A stretch of 64,000 nucleotides of DNA from Rickettsiales bacterium (GTDB lineage Bacteria > Pseudomonadota > Alphaproteobacteria > Rickettsiales > UBA3002): NCBI GenBank assembly GCA_037968615.1, contig JBBKVX010000017.1:9266-73265 (forward strand), given 5' to 3'. Shown in pieces: positions 39,609-50,523 of the stretch. A program made the position numbers and the translations under genes. The notes under the pieces were generated by a model, which saw only the letters and a list, made by a program, of their open reading frames with translations, made no database searches and was not told the origin of the DNA. Every line of letters starts with the position of its first letter. Within the stretch, counting starts at the first letter, position 1.

Positions 39609-40660
39609 AATGCGCCGCTGTAGGTGACGCGCTCGGACCCGGCATCGTTCAGCACGCCGATGCGCGACACGGTTTCGCCCGCCGCCACGAGCGCTTGCTG
39701 CACGGCGTCGGCTTTGGATTCTTCAACGACGGCGATCATGCCGATGCCGCAATTGAAGGTGCGCAGCATTTCGGCTTCGCTGATGTCGCCGACCTGCATC
39801 ATCCAACGGAACAGCGCGGGGAAGTTCCAACTGGCGAGATCGATGCTGGCGCCGAGCCCGTCGGGCAGCACGCGCGGCAGGTTCTCGGTGAGGCCGCCGC
39901 CCGTGATGTGCGACAGCGCGAGGATGTCGCCCGCGTTAAGCAACGGCAGCAGCGATTTTACATAGATACGGGTGGGGTGCAGCAGGGCCTCGCCCAGCGA
40001 GGCGGCTTTGCAGGGATAGGGCGGCGCGGCGTTCAGGTCGGCACCGGAATCCTTCACCAGTTTGCGCACGAGGGAATAGCCGTTGCTGTGCACGCCTTGC
40101 GAGGCGATGCCGAGCAGCACGTTGCCTGCTTTCATGGTGGCTTTGGGCAGCAGGTTAGTGCGCGCAACGGCGCCCACAGAGAAACCCGCGAGGTCGTATT
40201 CTTCGCCTTGATACATGCCTGGCATTTCGGCGGTTTCGCCGCCGACGAGGGCGCAGCCGCTGCGTTTGCAGCCTTCGGCGATGCCCGCGATCACGTCGGT
40301 GGCGGTGTCGACGTTGAGGCCGCCCGTGGCATAGTAATCGAGGAAGAACAGCGGCGTCGCGCCCTGCACGATGAGGTCGTTCACGCACATGGCGACGAGG
40401 TCGATGCCGATGGTTTTATGGTTGCCCAGATCCTGCGCGAGTTTCAGTTTGGTGCCGACGCCGTCGGTGCAGCTGACCAGCAGCGCGTCCTCGAATCCGG
40501 CTTCTTTCAGGTCGAACAGCGCGCCGAAACCGCCGAGCCCGCCCATCACGCCGGGGCGGGTGGTGGCCTTAGCGTGCGGCTTGATGCGGTCGATGAGCGC
40601 GTTGCCTGCATCGATGTCGACGCCCGCTTCTTTATATCGCTGATTGCTCGCCTGCGTCAT
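39596..40660 (-). CDS. purM: Phosphoribosylaminoimidazole synthetase
   Basis: YKEAGVDIDAG, TDGVGTKL, GGETAEMPG and HSNGYS motifs. Confidence 0.97.
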   Translation of the reverse strand: MTQASNQRYKEAGVDIDAGNALIDRIKPHAKATTRPGVMGGLGGFGALFDLKEAGFEDALLVSCTDGVGTKLKLAQDLGNHKTIGIDLVAMCVNDLIVQGATPLFFLDYYATGGLNVDTATDVIAGIAEGCKRSGCALVGGETAEMPGMYQGEEYDLAGFSVGAVARTNLLPKATMKAGNVLLGIASQGVHSNGYSLVRKLVKDSGADLNAAPPYPCKAASLGEALLHPTRIYVKSLLPLLNAGDILALSHITGGGLTENLPRVLPDGLGASIDLASWNFPALFRWMMQVGDISEAEMLRTFNCGIGMIAVVEESKADAVQQALVAAGETVSRIGVLNDAGSERVTYSGALCTA

Positions 40661-40682
40661 TTCGGGTACCTTTGGGTTGGAT

Positions 40683-41798
40683 ATGACCTTTAAGCAACCG
40701 CACAGGATTTGGCAACCGCTTGCCGCGTTCGCCGCATTGATTTTGCTGGTATCGGCCCCCGCGCAGGCGGCCGTGCAGGAAATTCGTGTGCTGGCGACGG
40801 GCGTCGATCGCTCCAGCGTGCGCGCGGCGGAGCTGGCGCTCAGCTACGCCAAGCAGCGCGCAGTGTACATCGTGGCGCGCAAAATGCAGGTGGAGGATGC
40901 GGCCAAGCAAGTGGCGGCGCTGAAGCCCGACCAATGGAAAGACATCGTGCGCGGTGCCACCGTGCTGCAGACCCGGCGCGAGGGAGAGATCACCTACGCC
41001 GATGTAACGGTGAGCGTGGTGGATGAAGCGTTGCGCCGCGCACTGGGTGTTGAAGCGCCTGCCGTGAGCGCCATCGATGAAGCGGGCGCGCCCCGCGGGG
41101 TCATGGTGATGCCGGTGTTCATCGGCGATAAGCGCCCTTATTTATGGGAAAAAGAGAATCTGGTGAACGAGCCGATGCGCGACGAAGTGCTGCGCCAAGG
41201 GCGCGGCAGTGTGATGGTGCCCGCCGGGGATTTCGACGACCGTCGGTTGATCGATTACCAGAATGCGCTGGAAGTGACCGCCGAACAGTTGCAGCCAATG
41301 TTCAAACGCTACGGGCTGGATGAGGTGATCATCGCGGTGGTGACGCTGGGCGCGCCTGCGACGTTGGAACCCACCACCATTCTGCTGCGCCGCCTAGTGT
41401 TGCCGCCCGCCACCAGCCGGGTGGAAGCCATGACCCTGAAGCCCGTGGCGGAGAATGAAACCCAGAAAATGCGCGCCCAGAAAGCCGCTGCTGCCGTGGC
41501 CTCGGCCGCCACGCAGATCGCTGGATCGACCTCGAAACTCGACCAGGCCCGCCTGAAGGGCGCGCCGACCGTGGCGGTCACGTTCCGCTACGCCACCGCG
41601 CGGGAGCTCGGCTCGATGCAGGAGGCGGTGCGCACGGTGCCGGGCGTGCTGCAACTGGTGATGCCCGCCATCAGTCTCACCAACATGTCGGGCATCCTCT
41701 ACCTCTCGGGGTCGAAGGACGAAATTCGTGCTGCGCTGAAAAAACAGGGGCTTGTGATCGTCGATGATGGCGAAGGCTGGCTGATTTCGGTGAGGTAG
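40683..41798 (+). CDS. Exported protein, DUF2066-like (conserved neighbour of purM)
   Basis: Signal peptide ending AQA; position divergent from purM and before perM-hdaA. Confidence 0.55.
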   Translation: MTFKQPHRIWQPLAAFAALILLVSAPAQAAVQEIRVLATGVDRSSVRAAELALSYAKQRAVYIVARKMQVEDAAKQVAALKPDQWKDIVRGATVLQTRREGEITYADVTVSVVDEALRRALGVEAPAVSAIDEAGAPRGVMVMPVFIGDKRPYLWEKENLVNEPMRDEVLRQGRGSVMVPAGDFDDRRLIDYQNALEVTAEQLQPMFKRYGLDEVIIAVVTLGAPATLEPTTILLRRLVLPPATSRVEAMTLKPVAENETQKMRAQKAAAAVASAATQIAGSTSKLDQARLKGAPTVAVTFRYATARELGSMQEAVRTVPGVLQLVMPAISLTNMSGILYLSGSKDEIRAALKKQGLVIVDDGEGWLISVR

Positions 41799-41811
41799 CT
41801 GGTTATAAGCG

Positions 41812-41860
41812 CTTTGCCCCAAACCCCGCCGCTTCGCGGGTCGCTGCTTGGCTCCCGGAG
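41812..41860. repeat. Short intergenic repeat, family B
   Basis: Shares 16 bp with 8241-8256 and 15 bp (CCCCGCCGCTTCGCG) with 7746-7760. Confidence 0.55.
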
Positions 41861-41943
41861 CGTTTCATTTTATCTCATGACGTTTTTGTTGGGGGTATCG
41901 TCCCCGCTTGCGCAGTGGCGGGATTTCACTTAATGTCCGCGCT

Positions 41944-43068
41944 ATGAGCACTGTTCCCACCGCACCCAAAACAACCCCGGCACGCGCCAAGAAGGCTCAG
42001 CAAATCTGGCATGAGCGCTGGTTCCATCTGGTGATGTGGCTGGTGCTGATCGTGCTGGTGCTGATGTTCCTGGATGCGGTGCGCGCGATTTTGCTGCCGT
42101 TCGTGCTGGGCGGTATCATCGCCTACCTCGTGGCTCCGCCCGCCAACTGGATGGAAAAACATGGCGTCAACCGAGGCATTGCCTCGGCCGCGATCACGGT
42201 ATCGCTGTTCTCGGTGCTGACGGGGCTTCTGGCGTGGCTTGGCCCGCTGCTCTACCATCAGCTTGCTGATCTGCTTGCCAAAGTACCGATGCTGATCAGC
42301 GAAGTAGAACGTTTGCTGCGCGACGACACGGCACCCTTGTTCCGCACCCTGAACCGCTTCAGCGGCGATGGCGAAAGCCCGAACAACATTGGCGAACTGC
42401 TTTCCAAGAGTTTGGCGACGCTGACCGTGCTGGCGGGTAGCGTGTTGGCCTCGGCGGCGGGCGTGCTGAACGTGATGGGCCTGCTGCTCATCACCCCCAT
42501 CGTGTGTTTCTATTTCATCCGCGACTGGACGGGCGTGATGCAGCGCTCCGACCATTTACTGCCGCGCGTTTACGCGCCGACCATCCGCGAGCAATTGCGC
42601 AAGATCAACCTCACGCTCGCCGCGTACCTGCGCGGGCAACTCACGGTGATGCTGCTGCTGGCCGTGTTCTACGCCATCATCTTCAGCATACTGGGTCTGC
42701 GCTACGGCATCTTACTGGGCGTGCTGGCGGGGCTTTTGGTCATCATTCCCTATATCGGCACCTGGGTGTCGATTGCGCTGGGTTTGGCGGTGGCCTACAG
42801 CCAGTTCGGCATCAGCCCCACCTTCTGGATCATGCTGGGTGTGTACGGGTTCGGGCAAGCGATCGAATCGCAAGTGCTGACCCCCAAGATCGTGGGCGAT
42901 AAAGTGGGCGTGCACCCGCTCTGGCTGCTGTTCGGCATGTTGGCTGGGGGCGTGCTGCTGGGCTTCGTGGGCGTACTGCTGGCCGTACCGCTGACGGCGG
43001 TAATATCGGTGCTGGTGAAATTCGTCATCGAGCGTTACCTCCGGTCGTCGCTCTACAACGACGCGTAA
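41944..43068 (+). CDS. AI-2E family (PerM-like) transporter
   Basis: Multi-TM; LTPKIVGDKVGVHP and GVLLAVPL motifs. Confidence 0.88.
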   Translation: MSTVPTAPKTTPARAKKAQQIWHERWFHLVMWLVLIVLVLMFLDAVRAILLPFVLGGIIAYLVAPPANWMEKHGVNRGIASAAITVSLFSVLTGLLAWLGPLLYHQLADLLAKVPMLISEVERLLRDDTAPLFRTLNRFSGDGESPNNIGELLSKSLATLTVLAGSVLASAAGVLNVMGLLLITPIVCFYFIRDWTGVMQRSDHLLPRVYAPTIREQLRKINLTLAAYLRGQLTVMLLLAVFYAIIFSILGLRYGILLGVLAGLLVIIPYIGTWVSIALGLAVAYSQFGISPTFWIMLGVYGFGQAIESQVLTPKIVGDKVGVHPLWLLFGMLAGGVLLGFVGVLLAVPLTAVISVLVKFVIERYLRSSLYNDA

Positions 43069-43070
43069 CC

Positions 43071-43736
43071 ATGCCGGGCACCCAACAGCTGGTGATGCCA
43101 TTCGCACCCGCGACGAGCTACGCACCCGAGGATTTCGTGCGCGGCGAATCGAACGAGGAAGCGCATACGCTCATCCATAGTTGGCCGAACTGGCCCTATT
43201 CGCTGATGCTCATTCATGGGCCCAAAGGCTGCGGTAAAACGCATCTGGCGCATGTGTTCGCCGGGCGTGCGCAGGCCAGCTTGCTCGACCCCAAACGTAT
43301 CGGCACCGCCCCCGCCGACCAATTGCTGACCGGCAACCATGCATGGATCATCGATGACCTGACGCAGGTGACGCACGAGGCGGCGCTGGCGCAACTGATC
43401 AACCATGCGCGGGCGCGGGGCGATTACATGCTGCTGCTGGCCGATGCTCCGGCCTCGCAGCTTCCATTCGCCCTACCGGATCTGCGCTCGCGCCTCGCCA
43501 TGCTTCCGGCGGTGACGCTGGGCGCGCCCGACGATGCGTTGCTGATGGGGGTGCTGGCCAAAGCATTCGCCGACCGGCAATTGCGCATTGCGCCCGATGT
43601 GTTGGCCTATGCAGTGGCCCGTCTGGAACGTAGCCATGCAGCGGCGCAACAGTTCGCGGCCCAGATGGACCAGCTTTCACTGGCGCAGGGCAGGGCGGTG
43701 ACCTTGCCGCTTGTGCGCGAAGCGCTGCGCGACTAA
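43071..43736 (+). CDS. hdaA: DnaA regulatory inactivator HdaA
   Basis: N-terminal QLVMPF clamp-binding motif; GPKGCGKTHL; LPDLRSRL. Confidence 0.88.
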   Translation: MPGTQQLVMPFAPATSYAPEDFVRGESNEEAHTLIHSWPNWPYSLMLIHGPKGCGKTHLAHVFAGRAQASLLDPKRIGTAPADQLLTGNHAWIIDDLTQVTHEAALAQLINHARARGDYMLLLADAPASQLPFALPDLRSRLAMLPAVTLGAPDDALLMGVLAKAFADRQLRIAPDVLAYAVARLERSHAAAQQFAAQMDQLSLAQGRAVTLPLVREALRD

Positions 43737-43745
43737 ATTACCGCC

Positions 43746-44756
43746 ATGCAGAAACCCACACCCACGGAAAAGAACCTCGACAAGCTCCGCCGCGAAAAAC
43801 GCGACCGGCTGGCCATGGTGCGCGTATTGCTGGCCGATCGCGATTCGCGCACGGCGACGCTGGTGCAGCGTATCCTGTTCTCATTCGGTTTTCGGCTGAT
43901 CGATATGGTGACCAGCGGTGAGGACGCGCTAGAGAGCTTGAAACGCAAACCCTACGATCTCATCATCACCGAATACAACATGACGCCGATCGATGGCGTG
44001 GCGCTGGTTCGCGCCATTCGCCAAGCGCGCGACGACCAGCGCATCCGCCGCGACATTCCCATCATCATGCTCACCGCCAATGCGGAAAAAGACCATGTCT
44101 ACGCCGCGCGCGATGCGGGCATCACCGAGTTCATCGTCAAGCCGTTCACGGCCAAAACGATTTCAAACCGCATCATCATGGTCATCGATAACCCACGCTC
44201 GTTCATCGACGTGGCGGATTATGCCGGTCCCTGCCGCCGTCGCCGCGAAGGCGTGCCGGAAGGGCTAAGCGAGCGCCGCGGTCAGCGTGCCGAGCCGAGC
44301 ATGGGGCCGAACGACGCGCTGCAAAAAAACATCGCTCCGGCCGCCGATATCATTACCGAAGCGGTCATCTCGGCGGCGCAGGTGGAGTTGATGAAAGCCG
44401 AGGGCGAGTTCGTCGAATGGGCCAAAGACGACATCGCCGCGCTGGAGCGTGCCTACGCCGAGCTCCGGGAGCATCCGGGCCGTAACACGGCGCATCAGGC
44501 ACTGCTCGATGCGGCCTATTCCATCAAGGCGCAGGCGGGCATTTTCGGCTACGATCTGGGCACGGGCATCGGCAGTATGCTGGTGAACTTCCTGAGCAGC
44601 CATGCGGATGTCCGCGAGGAAAAACTTACCGTGGTGCGCAAGCATATCGATGCGATCGTGGTGATTTTTACCGAGAAGATCAAAGACACCCGCCGCGATA
44701 TCGGACAAGACCTCATCAACTCGCTTCGTGCGCTGACGAAGAAACTGGGATCGTAA
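43746..44756 (+). CDS. Atypical response regulator: receiver domain plus Hpt-like C-terminal domain
   Basis: IPIIMLT and FIVKPF receiver motifs, but the phospho-site reads LIITE; C-terminal AAYSIKAQAGIFGY is Hpt-like. Confidence 0.75.
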   Translation: MQKPTPTEKNLDKLRREKRDRLAMVRVLLADRDSRTATLVQRILFSFGFRLIDMVTSGEDALESLKRKPYDLIITEYNMTPIDGVALVRAIRQARDDQRIRRDIPIIMLTANAEKDHVYAARDAGITEFIVKPFTAKTISNRIIMVIDNPRSFIDVADYAGPCRRRREGVPEGLSERRGQRAEPSMGPNDALQKNIAPAADIITEAVISAAQVELMKAEGEFVEWAKDDIAALERAYAELREHPGRNTAHQALLDAAYSIKAQAGIFGYDLGTGIGSMLVNFLSSHADVREEKLTVVRKHIDAIVVIFTEKIKDTRRDIGQDLINSLRALTKKLGS

Positions 44757-44779
44757 CTGCTTCTTAAGAAGCAGGGATA

Positions 44780-45559
<780 letters not shown>

Positions 45560-45561
45560 GG

Positions 45562-45786
45562 CTAGCCGCCTCCGATGAAGCCGACGATTTCGATGCGGTC
45601 GCCGTCCATGATGGGCGTGGCGGCGAATTCCGTGCGCGGCACAATGGCGAGGTTGCGCTCGACGGCGACCTTGCGCACGTCCAAGCTCAGCTGTTGCACC
45701 AAATCACTGACGCAGCTTCCCGTTGCAAGTGCGCGGGGTTCGCCGTTCAGGGTTATTTGCAGGGCGGTGGTGGCTGTGGTATTCAT
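45562..45786 (-). CDS. thiS: Sulfur carrier protein ThiS
   Basis: LNGE, VAVERN and C-terminal IGGG. Confidence 0.93.
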   Translation of the reverse strand: MNTTATTALQITLNGEPRALATGSCVSDLVQQLSLDVRKVAVERNLAIVPRTEFAATPIMDGDRIEIVGFIGGG

Positions 45787-45809
45787 AAGGCCACCTATAG
45801 GGACATCGC

Positions 45810-46250
45810 ATGGCAAAGCCAATACTCATCTTGAACGGCCCGAACCTGAACCTGCTGGGCACGCGGGAACCGGAGATTTACGGCACGACGACGCTCGACG
45901 ACATTCAGAGCCTGTGCGAAGCCGCGGCCTCGGAGCAGGGCTTAGGCGTCGATTTTCGCCAGAGCAACCATGAGGGCGAGCTGATCGACTGGGTGCAGGA
46001 AGCGCGGCTTTACCATTCGGGCATCATCATCAATGCGGGCGGGTACACCCACACTTCGGTGGCGCTGCTGGATGCGCTGAAGGCCGTGGCGCTGCCGGTC
46101 ATCGAAGTGCATTTGAGCGACCCGAAAACGCGCGAGCCGTTCCGACATTTCTCGTACATCGAAGCGGTGGCGAAGGAAACCATCTGCGGCAAGGGTGCTG
46201 CGGGCTACGTGGAGGCCGTGGGGGCACTCGCGCGCGCACTGCATGGATGA
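45810..46250 (+). CDS. aroQ: Type II 3-dehydroquinate dehydratase
   Basis: [24 protein letters not shown] and EVHLS motifs. Confidence 0.96.
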   Translation: MAKPILILNGPNLNLLGTREPEIYGTTTLDDIQSLCEAAASEQGLGVDFRQSNHEGELIDWVQEARLYHSGIIINAGGYTHTSVALLDALKAVALPVIEVHLSDPKTREPFRHFSYIEAVAKETICGKGAAGYVEAVGALARALHG

Positions 46251-46911
46251 TGAATCCGGCGCACTAAGCCCCGACATGCTGCTGGTCGCCTACGCCAACG
46301 GCTATTTCCCCATGGCGCTGGATAAGGATGATCCGGAACTTTACTGGTTCAGCCCCGAACAACGTGGCGTGCTTTCCATCGAAGATTTCAACATTCCGCG
46401 TGGTCTAAAGCGCGTGATGAAAGACCACGGGTTCACACTGAAAGTGGACACCGCGTTCGAGGAGGTAATTCGCGCCTGCGGCACGCTCACTCAGGGGCGG
46501 CAAGAAACATGGATCAACGAGCAGATCGTGGCGTTGTATACGGCGCTGTTCGAGATGGGCTGCGCGCACAGCGTCGAGGCATGGAAAGATGGCGCGCTGG
46601 TGGGCGGGCTTTACGGCATCAGCCTTGGTGGCGCGTTTTTTGGCGAGAGCATGTTCAGCCGCGTGCCGGAGGCCAGCAAGGTGGCGCTGGTAACGCTGGT
46701 AGAGATTCTGCGCGAGGCGGAATACCAACTGCTGGATACGCAGTATGTGAACGAGCATCTGAAGCAGTTCGGCGTCGAGGCCTTGACGAAGAAACGCTAC
46801 AAAACGAAGTTGGAAAAAGCCCTTAACGCCTCGCCCAATCCCAGTATGCGTTTCTCGACTGTTTCGGTGCGTAAGGGGCTGGCTTCCTCGTCGAGCGCGA
46901 TGAGCACCTGA
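46243..46911 (+). CDS. aat: Leucyl/phenylalanyl-tRNA--protein transferase
   Basis: [20 protein letters not shown] and FFGESMFS motifs. Confidence 0.93.
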   Translation: MDDESGALSPDMLLVAYANGYFPMALDKDDPELYWFSPEQRGVLSIEDFNIPRGLKRVMKDHGFTLKVDTAFEEVIRACGTLTQGRQETWINEQIVALYTALFEMGCAHSVEAWKDGALVGGLYGISLGGAFFGESMFSRVPEASKVALVTLVEILREAEYQLLDTQYVNEHLKQFGVEALTKKRYKTKLEKALNASPNPSMRFSTVSVRKGLASSSSAMST

Positions 46912-48287
46912 CCGTCGTGCCAGGTGAGCGTTGCGTGGTGCAGGTTGCCTGCACGGCCTCCCGATAGTTGGAACGCCATGCCTGCCGCAAGACCGACGCA
47001 GCGGGCGTATTGGCGCTCGCGTTCGTCCAGCAGGCTCAGCTCGTCGCGGTCGCCCTTCCATTTGGCCTGATAGCGATGGAACAGCGCCGTGGCGATCATC
47101 AGTCGCTCTTTGTGGTCGATGCCTTTGAGCGACGACTGGATGACGCGATGGTACGCCCATACCGCGCGGAAGTTGGGGTCGATCGACCAAGCCAGTTCGG
47201 AGAGGATGCATAGGGCGCGGCGCACGCGTTGCCAGGCGATGGGTTCGTTGGGGAATAACGGCGACATCCAGTTATACAGTTCGCGGCTGTAACTGCCGGT
47301 GCGGCCGATGAGCGCGGCGAGGTCGGTGGCACTGCTGATGAGGGCGTCTTCCTCCTGCTGCTTGGGCTCGAGCAGGTCAAAGAAGAAGCCTTCGCGGATG
47401 CCGCTGACCGAGAACATCACCTGCGGCGCACCGGTTTGTTGCAGCAATTGCTGCAATATAATGGCGGTAGGAATGAGCGTGGGGGCACGTTTGGAGGAGA
47501 TGCCGGGAAGGGCGGCCAACTCGGATTGTTTCATCGGCAGCAGCTTCTCGATGAGCTGGGTAACGGTGCGTTTGCTCATGCTGTATTCATGCACGATGTC
47601 GAGCGGGTAGTTGGTTTTTTTCATGTGCAGTTTGGCCAGCGCGCGGAAGCCACCGCCGATGGCGTAGAGGCACGCGGGCTTGGCTTCGCGCAGCCACGCG
47701 GTTTCTTTCAGTTCTTTGGCGACGAGCTTTTCCATCGCGGCGAGCTTGCCGTCGGTAGCATCCAGCACGCGCAGCGAGCCCAGATGCAGGCTGGTCGTGT
47801 GGCCGATATGGGTGCGTTCGATGGTGGCGAGCTCCATCGAGCCGCCGCCTAGATCGGCGGAGAGGCCCATCGGTTCATGGAACGAAGCCAGCACGCCTTT
47901 GGCGGCAAGCTCGGCTTCGCGCTCGCCGGTAATCACTTTTACCTTCACGCCATGGCGTTCGATGCTGCGCACAAAATCGGGGCCGTTCTCGGCGTCGCGC
48001 ACGGCGGCGGTGGCGATGATGTCGAGGCTGGCCACCTGCAGGCGCTGCGCCATGACAAGGAAGCGGGCGATGGCCAGTTCGGCCTCACGCACCCCGTCAG
48101 GGTTCAACTGGTTGGTGCGTGCGAGGCCCCGGCCCAGCGCACACATGTACTTCTCGTTGAAGATGGGCAACGGCACGCGTTTTAGCGCGTGGTACACCAC
48201 CATGCGCACGGAGTTGGAGCCGATATCAATGATGGCGATGAGGCCTTTGGGGTGGTCGGCGGTGGGGATGTTGTAGGTGATGGGCAC
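46797..48287 (-). CDS. ppx: Ppx/GppA exopolyphosphatase
   Basis: IDIGSNSVR, ATAAVRDA, DLGGGSME and GIREG motifs. Confidence 0.92.
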   Translation of the reverse strand: MPITYNIPTADHPKGLIAIIDIGSNSVRMVVYHALKRVPLPIFNEKYMCALGRGLARTNQLNPDGVREAELAIARFLVMAQRLQVASLDIIATAAVRDAENGPDFVRSIERHGVKVKVITGEREAELAAKGVLASFHEPMGLSADLGGGSMELATIERTHIGHTTSLHLGSLRVLDATDGKLAAMEKLVAKELKETAWLREAKPACLYAIGGGFRALAKLHMKKTNYPLDIVHEYSMSKRTVTQLIEKLLPMKQSELAALPGISSKRAPTLIPTAIILQQLLQQTGAPQVMFSVSGIREGFFFDLLEPKQQEEDALISSATDLAALIGRTGSYSRELYNWMSPLFPNEPIAWQRVRRALCILSELAWSIDPNFRAVWAYHRVIQSSLKGIDHKERLMIATALFHRYQAKWKGDRDELSLLDERERQYARCVGLAAGMAFQLSGGRAGNLHHATLTWHDGQVLIALDEEASPLRTETVEKRILGLGEALRAFSNFVL

Positions 48288-48290
48288 GGA

Positions 48291-50471
48291 TTATTTGCCC
48301 CGCTTTTTCTTTTTCGGTTCGACGGCGGCTTCCGCCGGGGCGACCATGTTTTGCAGTGCTTTGCCACGACCGGAGAGGGAGGGGTTGGTCATGAAATAAT
48401 CATGGGCGGCGAAGCTGGTGGGGTCGGTGCTGGCGCGTTGGTAGGTGCCGTCGGAATGCAGGAACCAGCTTTGGCGTTCGTCCTTCAAATTTGCGACCAT
48501 GATCTGGTCGAGGATCTGGCGGTGCACGGTGACGTTCTCGATTGGCACGCCAACCTCGACGCGGCGGTCCATGTTGCGGCCCATCCAATCGGCGGAGCTG
48601 ATGAACAGTTTGGCCTGCCGCGACGGCATGGCCGCACCATTGGCAAAGCCATAAACGCGCGCATGTTCGAGGAAGCGCCCGACGATGCTTTTCACGCGAA
48701 TGTTTTCCGAGAAGCCGGGAATGCCGGGTTTAAGGCCGCAAATGCCGCGCACGATGAGATCGATCTGCACCCCGGCTTGGCTTGCGGCGTAGAGCGCGTC
48801 GATGATGTCCTCGTCGATCAGCGCGTTGAGCTTCGCCCAGATAGCGCCGGGCTTGCCCTCGCGCACGTTCGCCATTTCTTGCGCGATGTGTTTCAGCAGC
48901 GTGCGGCGCAGGTTGATGGGGGCGACGGCGAGTTTTTTGAACTTCGCGGGTTTGGCGTAGCCGGTGATGTAGTTGAACACGTAGTTCGCGTCCTGACACA
49001 GGTCAGGATCGCAGGTGAAGAACGATAGGTCGGTGTAGACTTTGGCGGTGGCCGGGTGGTAGTTGCCAGTGCCGAAATGCGCGTAGGTGCGCAAGCTCGT
49101 GCCCTCGCGGCGCACCACCAGCGAAAGTTTCGCGTGGGTCTTCATTTCCACGAACCCGTACACTACCTGCACGCCCGCCCGCTCCATGGCGCGCGAGAAG
49201 CGGATGTTGGCTTCCTCGTCGAAGCGGGCTTTCAGTTCGACCAGTGCGGTGACGGATTTGCCCATTTCGGCGGCTTCGATGAGTGCGCGGACGATGGGGG
49301 AATCGTGGCTGGTGCGGTACAGCGTTTGTTTGATGCTGATGACGTTGGGGTCGCGTGCGGCCTGTTTCACGAACTGCACCACCACGTCAAAGCTTTCGTA
49401 GGGGTGGTGGACGACGATGTCCTTGGCCTGAATGGCGGCGAAGCAATCGCCATTGAAATCGTTGATGCGTTCGGGGAAGCGCACTTTGAATGGCGGGTAG
49501 GTGATGTTGGCGCGGCCGAATTGGTCGAGTTCGTTGAGCGAGGCAAGGCCCACCAACCCATCCACTTCGCTGACATTCTCGGCGGCGGTCTGCAAATGTT
49601 CGAGCATGAATTGCAACAATTTCGGCGCGGTGCCTTTGCTGGTCTCAAGCCGCACAACGCGGCCATGGCGGCGTTTTTTCACGGCGATGTCCATGTTGCG
49701 CATCAGATCTTCGGCCTCCTCCTCGATGTCGAGGTCGGAATCGCGAATGAGGCGGAACAGGCCAGCGGAGGCAAGCTGATAGCCGGGGAACAGCTGCTGG
49801 AAACACAGGGTGATGGCGTCTTCCAGCGGCAGCAGATGCACGCCTTTTTTATGCTCAAGCCGGATGAAGCGCGGCTGGCCTTGGGGGAACGGAATCAGCG
49901 CCACCATTTTTTTGCTGGGTTTTTTCGGCAGCGAAAGCTCGAGCACCTGCACCATGCCCAGATTGGGAATGAACGGGAACGGATGCGCCGGGTCGACCGC
50001 GATGGGGGTGAGCAGCGGGAAAATATTGGCGGTGAAATATTCTTTCAGCCAGCTTTTGTCGGTGGCCGATAGCTGGCCGAGATTGCTGACGGTGATGTGC
50101 TCAGCCTTGAGCAGTTTTTTGAGGTGCAACCAGCAGGCCTGCTGGCCATGGACCAGCTTGCTTGCGGAGTCGTGAATGCGCTCCAACTGGCGGCTGGGGC
50201 TTAAGCCATCGGCCGACAGCGTGCCGATGCCGTGATGCACGTGATCCATAAGCCCGGCGATGCGCACCATGGTGAATTCATCGAGGTTCCCGGCGGAAAT
50301 GCTGAGGAACTTCACGCGCTCGAGCAGCGGGTTGTTCTCGTTCTGCGCCTCTTCCAGCACGCGGGTGTTGAAGGCCAGCCAGCTCAGCTCGCGGTTGATG
50401 AACCGGTGCTCGGGGCGGGTGAAATGCTGCGCCAGCAGCTTGGGGTCGAGTTCGAGTTCCGGGTGGCTCAT
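48291..50471 (-). CDS. ppk: Polyphosphate kinase 1
   Basis: FINRELSWLAFNTRVL, HHPYESF, ELKARFDEE and KTHAK motifs; start MSHPELE. Confidence 0.96.
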   Translation of the reverse strand: MSHPELELDPKLLAQHFTRPEHRFINRELSWLAFNTRVLEEAQNENNPLLERVKFLSISAGNLDEFTMVRIAGLMDHVHHGIGTLSADGLSPSRQLERIHDSASKLVHGQQACWLHLKKLLKAEHITVSNLGQLSATDKSWLKEYFTANIFPLLTPIAVDPAHPFPFIPNLGMVQVLELSLPKKPSKKMVALIPFPQGQPRFIRLEHKKGVHLLPLEDAITLCFQQLFPGYQLASAGLFRLIRDSDLDIEEEAEDLMRNMDIAVKKRRHGRVVRLETSKGTAPKLLQFMLEHLQTAAENVSEVDGLVGLASLNELDQFGRANITYPPFKVRFPERINDFNGDCFAAIQAKDIVVHHPYESFDVVVQFVKQAARDPNVISIKQTLYRTSHDSPIVRALIEAAEMGKSVTALVELKARFDEEANIRFSRAMERAGVQVVYGFVEMKTHAKLSLVVRREGTSLRTYAHFGTGNYHPATAKVYTDLSFFTCDPDLCQDANYVFNYITGYAKPAKFKKLAVAPINLRRTLLKHIAQEMANVREGKPGAIWAKLNALIDEDIIDALYAASQAGVQIDLIVRGICGLKPGIPGFSENIRVKSIVGRFLEHARVYGFANGAAMPSRQAKLFISSADWMGRNMDRRVEVGVPIENVTVHRQILDQIMVANLKDERQSWFLHSDGTYQRASTDPTSFAAHDYFMTNPSLSGRGKALQNMVAPAEAAVEPKKKKRGK

Positions 50472-50523
50472 ATCTGTTGCAGTGCGTCTTGTGTGATGGC
50501 GTGTGATGCCGCATACTAGCGCA

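Noticed and set aside
44756-44773. CtrA-like site GTAA-N7-TTAA after the response regulator
   Set aside because: It lies between convergent genes and is better explained as the terminator-like palindrome CTGCTTC-TTAA-GAAGCAG.
50491-50510. Pho box upstream of ppk
   Set aside because: The GTGTGATG repeat has a 10-bp period and does not fit the 11-bp GTCAY register.
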